Assembly: GCF_003231495.1 (NCBI RefSeq) | Contig: NZ_PQWO01000041.1 | Location: forward strand, 1 to 20,970 | Reading direction: 5' to 3' | Source of the DNA: Acaryochloris thomasi RCC1774 | Lineage (GTDB): Bacteria; Cyanobacteriota; Cyanobacteriia; Thermosynechococcales; Thermosynechococcaceae | Length of the DNA: 20,970 nucleotides | In this document: positions 15,386 through 20,970 of the stretch, one piece after another | Layout of the letters: each line of letters starts with the position of its first letter | Position numbering within the stretch: the first letter of the stretch is position 1 | Notes under the pieces: model-generated | Seen by the model: the letters and a program-made list of their open reading frames with translations, nothing else | Told to the model about the DNA's origin: nothing | The model's database searches: none | Made by a program: the position numbers and the translations under genes

Positions 15386-15998
15386 ATGGCAAGCCGTGCA
15401 AAGTATGACTATCTGGAGCCTTTATTCAAGGGTGTCATTGACTGGAAGCTGATTGAGACCCATTGGCGAGACCTGATGCGGATGGTGCTCTCAATCAAGG
15501 CTGGAAAGGTTTTGCCCTCGACGTTGCTGCGGAAATTGAATAGCTACAGCAAGAAGAATCGACTTCATCAGGCGCTACGAGAGTTGGGGAGAGTCGGACG
15601 GACGATCTTCCTGCTCCGGTTCGTTTCCGAGCCTGCCGTTCGGCGGCAGATCACGGCCTGCACTAACATTGTTGAGACCTATCACCATCTCCTCGATTGG
15701 TTGCACTTTGGAAAGCATGGGGTGATCACGGAAAATGATCCTGATGAACAGGAGAAGCGGCTCAAGTCTTTGGACTTAGTGGCCAGTGCGGTGATTTTCC
15801 AGAATGCGGTGGATATGTCGTTGGCGGTGCAGCAGCTCAGTGCGGAGGGATATCCCAGACCGGGCGGCGTTGGCGACGGCGAGTCCCTATTTGGTGGGGC
15901 AGTTGAAGCGGTTTGGAGACTTCGTGGTGGACATGGAGACGGTGCCGGTTCCTTTTGAACAAGCCATTGAGCTGCCGCTCGACTTCGATGAAATCTAG
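15386..15998 (+). pseudogene. Tn3-family transposase, C-terminal ~200 aa only, frameshifted
   Basis: YLEPLFKGVIDWKLIETHWRDLMRMVLSIKAGKVLPSTLLRKLNSYSKKNRLHQALRELGRVGRTIFLLRFVSEP..RRQI...ITENDPDEQEKRLKSLDLVASAVIFQN matches the conserved Tn3 TnpA C-terminus. The frame is closed upstream by TAA at 15365-15367. Homology jumps frame near 15855: ...SAEGYP, then DRAALATASPYLVGQLKRFGDFVVDMETV in the 15804-15998 frame. Confidence 0.8.
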
Positions 15999-16088
15999 AT
16001 GGGGCAAGGCTTTTGGGAAGAATTTAGTATGATTGAATTGACTGGAAAACTTGGAAGTCTTGATTTCTGAAAGTCAAGCTGTGCATAG

Positions 16089-16679
16089 GTCCTGGAACCA
16101 TCTTGCGCCTTATTACACGTATCTCGGTATGACCTCTACATGAATCCCCAGGCGGAACATCTACTCGATTGGTTTCATATCACCATGCGAATCACAGTGT
16201 TGGGGCGATACCTCAAGGGGGTGAAGCACCACGATGCTGACTAAGAGGAAGAGATGCCCCAACGCTTGGAAAGCATCAAGTGGTATTTGTGGCATGGCAA
16301 TAGGTTCCAGGCCATGCAGCATATTGAGCTTCTGGAAATGGATGCCGAATGTCTAGAGATTGACTATCTCAAGTTGAGCAAGATGGCGAAGGCGATCCGA
16401 GAGTTTCGGGTCTATATTCAGAACAATCTGGACTTTATCGTCAATTATGGTGAGCGATACCGTTGTGGTGAAAGGATTTCAACAGGTTTTGTAGAGTCGG
16501 CGGTCAATCAGATTATCGCTAAGCGAATGGTTAAAAAGCAGCAAATGCGATGGACGCTTAAGGGCGCTCACCTACTGCTTCAGGTGAGGACTAAGGTGCT
16601 CGATCAGCGGTGGAAGGATGCGATCAAGCAGTGGTACCCAGACACTAATCAGGTTGAGGAAATACCTATGGCTGCGTGA
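16089..16679 (+). pseudogene. ISKra4-like transposase, C-terminal part only, with an in-frame stop
   Basis: ...NPQAEHLLDWFHITMRITVLGRYLKGV..HHDAD-TAA(16242-16244)-EEEMPQRLESIKWYLWHGNRFQAM...VESAVNQIIAKRMVKKQQMRWTLKGAHLLLQVR. The LDWFHITMR and KWYLWHGN motifs are ones I associate with ISKra4-family transposases. The stop codon is in frame with the 16254 ORF. There is no N-terminal part. Confidence 0.6.
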
Positions 16680-16700
16680 TTCCCCCGGTTTTGATCACTC

Positions 16701-16976
16701 TCAATTCCCCACCCTTAACGCCCAGGCTTCAGGTGTCCAACGTCCATGCACCGCTACTTCAGCAATGGTCTCCAACCGGCCTTCAGCTATCGCAAATCGG
16801 ATTACATCAGCCCCGAGAGGAAATCCATCCCAGCTCAAGATCACTTTCGCCAAGAACCTGCTCGATGGTTCCTCCCTTGAGCTTGTTATCAAGAATGCGA
16901 TTCCGAGAGTGGAAATTGCGCTTGAATGAATTGTCATGAAATCCACATCAGTTGAGAAAACATGAAGTTCAACCAA
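16701..16976 (-). CDS. hypothetical small ORF, doubtful
   Basis: 91-aa ORF. Its only support is the segment FAIAEGRLETIAEVA, which recurs in the 18151-18366 ORF with mostly synonymous differences. Alternative frames here also look partly coding, so it may be a decayed gene. Confidence 0.25.
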   Translation of the reverse strand: MVELHVFSTDVDFMTIHSSAISTLGIAFLITSSREEPSSRFLAKVILSWDGFPLGADVIRFAIAEGRLETIAEVAVHGRWTPEAWALRVGN

Positions 16977-17242
16977 ATTACTGAGATTGCATTATTGCTG
17001 ATTGCAGTGTTCTGCTAGAAATCACGCCAGACCAATCGTTTCAGAGATTGGGTGGCGCATCATCATAGAGAGCAAAATCAAATGCACTTCACTATGTGAA
17101 GAACAATAGTCTCTAAAGTTAGAGCGGCTTCCTAAAATTTGACTGGCCGTCGAAGATTCGTACAGCCCTTACGATATTGTCGCTAACCATTTAAGAGGCT
17201 TAAATTACCTTCGCCTGTGTCGTTATTCTCTTGAGGGATGAA

Positions 17243-17950
17243 ATGAGAAGTAAGCACGTATTGCCATATTTGAGTATAAGTTGTATCTCCGCAGTGATCT
17301 CTGTTACGGCCCCAGCTCAAGCTGTCTCCTTGAACGTTAAGTTTGAAACTGATTTTGAAACCAATCAGGGCATTGGAACAATTATTGAGCAAGGCGATCC
17401 TTCAGTAGCACAGATTTTTTCTTATGAAGAACGAAATACATTTTTCACCGCTGCTCCATTCGTAAATCCAAGTGATGACATGAGTCATTTCCATCTATTT
17501 AACTTTGTTGCTGCGCCTGAGACAAACACCGATCTACTTATAGGCGGAGACTCTGCTGGGCTTTCAATCACGTTTGGCAGCCCAACACCATCTGACTTCT
17601 TTGGCCTCGAAAATTTGGTTGTTCGGGAAGTTCGGGAGGGTAGCGATGTGGTCTTTGAGGGATTCAATGGTCAAGATTCGACAGGGACAGCTTTATTCAA
17701 TGCAGGAACAACACCTGGATTCGTAGCCCTGGAGCCAGCAATTTTTGGGAACGTCAACCGCGTTGATGTGTATTATCCGGATGCAGGTTTAGGGGGTGAA
17801 GCCCCAGATGATGCAGGTATAATTTTTGATGATGTTCGGATTAATTCTGTCCCCGAGCCAGATGCAATTCTAGGCTCCGTAATCCTATGTATCGGTCTGT
17901 TCGTGAAAAGACGGTACTCAGTTAATAGCGTCGCTGCAAAATCTAAATAG
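17243..17950 (+). CDS. PEP-CTERM sorting-domain secreted protein
   Basis: The ATG at 17243 gives MRSKHVLPYLSISCISAVISVTAPAQA, a signal peptide. The track's TTG start at 17231 is less likely. The C-terminus is VPEP + DAILGSVILCIGLFV + KRR. Confidence 0.75.
   Translation: MRSKHVLPYLSISCISAVISVTAPAQAVSLNVKFETDFETNQGIGTIIEQGDPSVAQIFSYEERNTFFTAAPFVNPSDDMSHFHLFNFVAAPETNTDLLIGGDSAGLSITFGSPTPSDFFGLENLVVREVREGSDVVFEGFNGQDSTGTALFNAGTTPGFVALEPAIFGNVNRVDVYYPDAGLGGEAPDDAGIIFDDVRINSVPEPDAILGSVILCIGLFVKRRYSVNSVAAKSK
17849..17914 (+). other. PEP-CTERM motif (VPEP, hydrophobic helix, KRR)
   Basis: VPEPDAILGSVILCIGLFVKRR, read directly from the sequence. Confidence 0.8.
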
Positions 17951-18150
17951 ACTGCAGGTACAGATGTAGTTCTGTTATCAACAGTTTGGACAGCTTTGGA
18001 GTCAGGCCGACATCCGCATAAAAAGACGCAAGATGATTCTATGACCTATATGCAGAGAGGCTTTTAGGAACCCAAGTCCTCGAGTTTTAAGCTCTTCAAA
18101 TCACTCTAGGGTTTCTCTAAAAGCCTTTCTATAATTAGAGTTCATCTAGA

Positions 18151-18366
18151 TCAATAGGAAGCTGAATCACCTGCTCTGTTTGAACAGGCACCCTCTCCAT
18201 ATGCCGCAACTTCCGCGATGGTCTCCGACCGGCCTTCGGCCATCGCAACAAATTCAGCACAGCGATCGCCTATAGGACCAGAAGGATGGATGGCGCAGAC
18301 GAGGTGGCCGGTCAGGTAATGGTATCGGCAGTCAAAGCACTGGGGTAACTTGCAGAGTCCAGTCAC
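18151..18366 (-). CDS. small Cys-rich protein (possible zinc ribbon) with a C-terminal AEGRSETIAEVA segment
   Basis: 71 aa with a GTG start. The cysteine pattern is LCKLPQCFDCRYH...LVCAIHPSGPIGDRCAEF, which includes a CxxC and two further Cys. It ends 15 nt from the next gene on the same strand. Confidence 0.45.
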   Translation of the reverse strand: MTGLCKLPQCFDCRYHYLTGHLVCAIHPSGPIGDRCAEFVAMAEGRSETIAEVAAYGEGACSNRAGDSASY

Positions 18367-18381
18367 AGTAACTGCTCTGAT

Positions 18382-18783
18382 TTAGTTAAAGGTGGTAATC
18401 AGAGCATTAGCAATGGAGTTTCCAGCAATACTCGCAACGAAAAGAATAACGTAAAGATACAACCCACAAAGCGTGAAAACCAATTGCCAGCCACGCCTTG
18501 TTCTTAAAAAATAACGAGGAACACCGACAATTCCTAAAACTATTATCCAGACAACATCAGAGCCAGTAAATTTACTTCCTCGTGCAGCAGCATCAAAACG
18601 ACACCAAAGAACGATGCAAGCAACAGACGCGACAAGCGAAATTATGCCGATATAAGCATAGGATCCTATATTGCCGATCAATGCAGAGAAAACTCCGTCA
18701 GCAACATTAGTTGCCACAAGTGCGAACATAGTGATTTGCCGACGCTTTAGATTGATAGGATCAAGCTGATTCTCTTGTAACAT
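18382..18783 (-). CDS. small integral membrane protein, about four TM segments, unknown function
   Basis: 133 aa with an ATG start. Hydrophobic runs are MFALVATNVADGVFSALIG, YAYIGIISLVASVACIVLW, VVWIIVLGIVGV and VFTLCGLYLYVILFVASIAG, separated by basic loops. Confidence 0.55.
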   Translation of the reverse strand: MLQENQLDPINLKRRQITMFALVATNVADGVFSALIGNIGSYAYIGIISLVASVACIVLWCRFDAAARGSKFTGSDVVWIIVLGIVGVPRYFLRTRRGWQLVFTLCGLYLYVILFVASIAGNSIANALITTFN

Positions 18784-18958
18784 CTATGCTGTCATCCACT
18801 AATCTTTGCGCCCTCGAATATCAGAAAAAGGCTGCTTACTTCCATGCAACTGTAGCACTCAACATTGTCAAAGCATTGAGACAAATTGTGGAGAGTTAGC
18901 ATTCAGACAAATCAAAGACTGTAATGAGAGAGGGGGCGTCATATTTAGATCAAGCACA

Positions 18959-19522
18959 ATGCCTATTTCACCCCTACCCGCATCATTGCAGAAACTTACT
19001 GCAGATCTGACGTTAGCTCAGAGTGCCTACATCTACGACATTCGAGATCGACTGCTCTCTGCTGGTGATCGCATGGCAGAGCAGGGATTTAGCACCCGAA
19101 CCATCTACGGCTTACGGAAAGACAACAAAACAGTCTATAAATCAAAGGTTTGTGCCGAGTTCGTCCCCGTTCTGAGAGGTGTCAATGTCCCCCGACTGCG
19201 GCTGAGGTTGCCCTATGCGAAACAGCGAGGCGGCGGGCCAGGGCGAACGTACAAAGATGAACCGATTAAAGGACTGTGCTGGGTTGAACTGAGGCACGAG
19301 AAAGAGGGGAATGATGTCTCAGACCTGTCGCTTCTTTTCAACCTCAGCAAATCTAGCCGCTGGAGCTATGCCATAAATGTTGAGGAGTATTCCGCTTTCT
19401 GCCAGAATTTGACCGGAACAGACAGAGCGTGGACATCTCTCACAGACCTACTGGAACTAGCTTTAAATGAATGGAAATTGCTCTGTTACTCCAAGACCAC
19501 GGCTACAAAATGGTGTGAGTAG
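18959..19522 (+). CDS. hypothetical soluble protein, unknown function
   Basis: The long ORF in the track starts at TTG 18806. The first ATG at 18959 (MPISPLPASLQKL...) gives 187 aa. I recognise no motif. Confidence 0.5.
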   Translation: MPISPLPASLQKLTADLTLAQSAYIYDIRDRLLSAGDRMAEQGFSTRTIYGLRKDNKTVYKSKVCAEFVPVLRGVNVPRLRLRLPYAKQRGGGPGRTYKDEPIKGLCWVELRHEKEGNDVSDLSLLFNLSKSSRWSYAINVEEYSAFCQNLTGTDRAWTSLTDLLELALNEWKLLCYSKTTATKWCE

Positions 19523-19583
19523 ATGAGCAAGCCATCGTAAAACTAGCTATCTTGAAAATCAGCAGTTAAAACAGAGCCAACCG

Positions 19584-19826
19584 ATGCCTCTCGAAACTGA
19601 CAAGCTGCGTGGCAACTCCTTACCTAGTAAACCAGATGGCATCTCCCGTTGTGGAATGTCGATAGCAAAATACGCCCAGCACCGGGACACTTTGCGATGG
19701 TATGAGCTGTCGAGTACTGGTGATATCATCGGCTCTCCACTACAGCTAGATTTCTACACCCAAGTCGATACATCAGGACCACAAAAGCGATCGCAACCCG
19801 CCAAAAAGCAGTTAGCTAAAACTTGA
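19584..19826 (+). CDS. hypothetical small protein with a basic C-terminal tail
   Basis: 80-aa ORF with an ATG start, 61 nt downstream of the previous gene on the same strand. The tail is KRSQPAKKQLAKT. I recognise no motif. Confidence 0.35.
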   Translation: MPLETDKLRGNSLPSKPDGISRCGMSIAKYAQHRDTLRWYELSSTGDIIGSPLQLDFYTQVDTSGPQKRSQPAKKQLAKT

Positions 19827-19917
19827 GGAAAGCGTCACAAATCTACCTGTTTACATAGGATTCTCGATTAGGCCATCAAAGAAGGTAGCTTTACCTCCAG
19901 ACCTTTTAGTGTCGGTA

Positions 19918-19938
19918 GCTGTTGCTTGAGTTAACAGC
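19918..19938. terminator. weak hairpin between convergent genes
   Basis: GCTGTT-gcttgagtt-AACAGC has a 6-bp stem and a 9-nt loop. It sits between the 19826 stop (+) and the 19948 stop (-), with only a weak T-run after it. Confidence 0.2.
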
Positions 19939-19947
19939 ACTCGTCGT

Positions 19948-20550
19948 TTAGCTATCAGTACCAAATTCTTGAACAAAGTCTTGCATTGAATTCAGATGCG
20001 GAAATGGTTCTTCTGGAATTGCCAGCCCAAGAGAACGACATAGTGGCTCCCAACCTTCACTGGGTTGCCATTCAAGTAACCTGTTTCCTAAATTAGATTT
20101 CCGAACCCGTTCATTATGTTGATTGAAAGCCGCAATACACGCTGAGCGATTTGTTATGGCTGAGGTAAATCTATTGCTAAATAGTTCATCCGCCATGACG
20201 CGCCACTCACCTGATGATTCTTCCGTATAACGGAAAATAGTTGACCTAGCACTTTCCCACCATGAATCAGCGTCCCGATACGAAAGAATGACAAGACTAT
20301 CAGTGTAGATACTGCTCAATTCAAACCAAAAAGCACTTGAAGGCCAGTCAACCGTGGCAATATATCCGTCAAAAATGGTAGACCAGTCAACCCCTTTTCC
20401 CTGTGCTGCAGCATGCCACAATGAAATATGTTCTGGGTGAGACAATACCTCGTCCATATGATAACAGGGGCCACCTAAGAGCTTCTCAAGCGCTAATTTG
20501 AGTGATGTTGTTCCAGTTCGACCAAGACCTGCACCAATAACTTTCAGCAT
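19948..20550 (-). CDS. sulfotransferase family protein (small soluble, PAPS-dependent type)
   Basis: 200 aa. The N-terminal KVIGAGLGRTGTTSLKLALEKLLGGPCYHM is a 5'-phosphosulfate-binding loop of the GxGRTGTxSL type. VDWPSSAFWFEL and ILSYRDADSWWES follow, as in that family. Confidence 0.75.
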   Translation of the reverse strand: MLKVIGAGLGRTGTTSLKLALEKLLGGPCYHMDEVLSHPEHISLWHAAAQGKGVDWSTIFDGYIATVDWPSSAFWFELSSIYTDSLVILSYRDADSWWESARSTIFRYTEESSGEWRVMADELFSNRFTSAITNRSACIAAFNQHNERVRKSNLGNRLLEWQPSEGWEPLCRSLGLAIPEEPFPHLNSMQDFVQEFGTDS

Positions 20551-20641
20551 TAGTAAAAAGTGTCATTTCAATTCTCCTTGGCCAATCCTAGAAGGTAGGT
20601 AACCTCACGTCTTGCACGTTTTTCTGAAATTTGGCACGTTC

Positions 20642-20842
20642 TTACGATCGAGCTAGAAATTGTTTGGGTGTGACACCCACCTGACGTTTAAAGTGTCGGG
20701 TGAAATGACTTTGGTGGGAAAACCCCATTGCATATGCAGCGTCAGAGATCGCCATCTTCTCCTTGACGAGCAGGCCCTTAGCACACTCTATCCGTTGGTG
20801 TATGACGTACTGATGAGGGGTAAGTCCTATTGCCTGCTTGAA
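20642..20842 (-). pseudogene. AraC/XylS-family regulator remnant: the last ~66 codons, covering the end of the first HTH and the whole second HTH
   Basis: My own reverse-strand translation gives [66 protein letters not shown]-stop. The frame is closed immediately upstream by TAA (20843-20845). It has no start codon or sensor domain, so the ORF track missed it. Confidence 0.7.
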
Positions 20843-20922
20843 TTAAGGATCGAGGAATAAATAATATCCAGAACCTCAATGGAAGAATGATAGTCTGAGC
20901 ATCCTCCCCTATTTGGTTTGAG

Positions 20923-20970
20923 ATGAATCCTTACACAGTGAATATTGAGCAGCAAATGCAACGGCTCTAC
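20923..20970 (+). CDS. start of an ORF running off the right edge, identity unknown
   Basis: ATG at 20923 gives MNPYTVNIEQQMQRLY. Only 16 codons are visible. Its position against the truncated AraC gene suggests an inserted element, but this is unproven. Confidence 0.2.
   Translation, partial: MNPYTVNIEQQMQRLY

Noticed and set aside
15177-15401. The 74-aa minus-strand ORF upstream of the Tn3 fragment.
   Set aside because: The peptide is Arg/Lys/Pro/Cys-rich and junk-like. It spans the truncation junction of the transposase fragment, so it is most likely a spurious ORF.
16618-16939. Plus-strand ORFs 16618-16929 and 16676-16939 downstream of the ISKra4 fragment.
   Set aside because: They overlap the end of the transposase frame and each other, and their peptides are Pro/Ser-rich. 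The only conserved signal here is on the minus strand.
17183-17667. Minus-strand ORFs 17183-17392 and 17485-17667.
   Set aside because: They overlap the start and interior of the PEP-CTERM gene, which has both a signal peptide and a sorting motif. Neither has supporting motifs.
20660-20860. The 66-aa plus-strand ORF from the track.
   Set aside because: It is the antisense shadow of the AraC-family HTH remnant, which reads cleanly on the minus strand ([23 protein letters not shown]).
1-20970. CRISPR arrays, tRNA, rRNA or tmRNA genes, and a diversity-generating retroelement acting on the variable surface proteins.
   Set aside because: I saw no regularly spaced direct repeats, no T-loop (GGTTCGAATCC-like) or cloverleaf candidates, no rRNA-like conserved stretches, and no reverse-transcriptase ORF or template/variable repeat pair.

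Overview
The window looks like a cyanobacterial chromosome. I count at least 13 copies of the HIP1 octamer GCGATCGC in 21 kb. It splits into three parts. (1) 1-4.3 kb holds a tight minus-strand block of ordinary genes: a CDF metal exporter, purK, a membrane-anchored SH3b protein and a Ycf46-like AAA+ ATPase. The start of an IS transposase runs off the left edge. (2) 4.4-15.1 kb is the most interesting part. It carries three very large minus-strand secreted proteins of 1085, 895 and 799 aa. Their N-terminal and central regions are unrelated: DUF11-like domains, three GEVED-type acidic modules with DxDxDG loops, and unassigned domains. All three end in the same ~200-aa C-terminal module. A 124-aa ORF further along repeats only the N-terminal motif of the first protein. 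No recognisable secretion, sorting or assembly partner lies nearby. (3) 14.1-21 kb is visibly AT-richer and looks accessory. It holds a 32-bp perfect palindrome, a 5'-truncated and frameshifted Tn3-family transposase next to a truncated ISKra4-like transposase with an in-frame stop, and a PEP-CTERM protein with no exosortase. It also holds a divergent cluster of four unassignable small genes, a sulfotransferase, and the last ~66 codons of an AraC-family regulator beside a new ORF at the right edge. I found no rRNA, tRNA or CRISPR array. All homology calls rest on motifs recognised by eye, not on searches.
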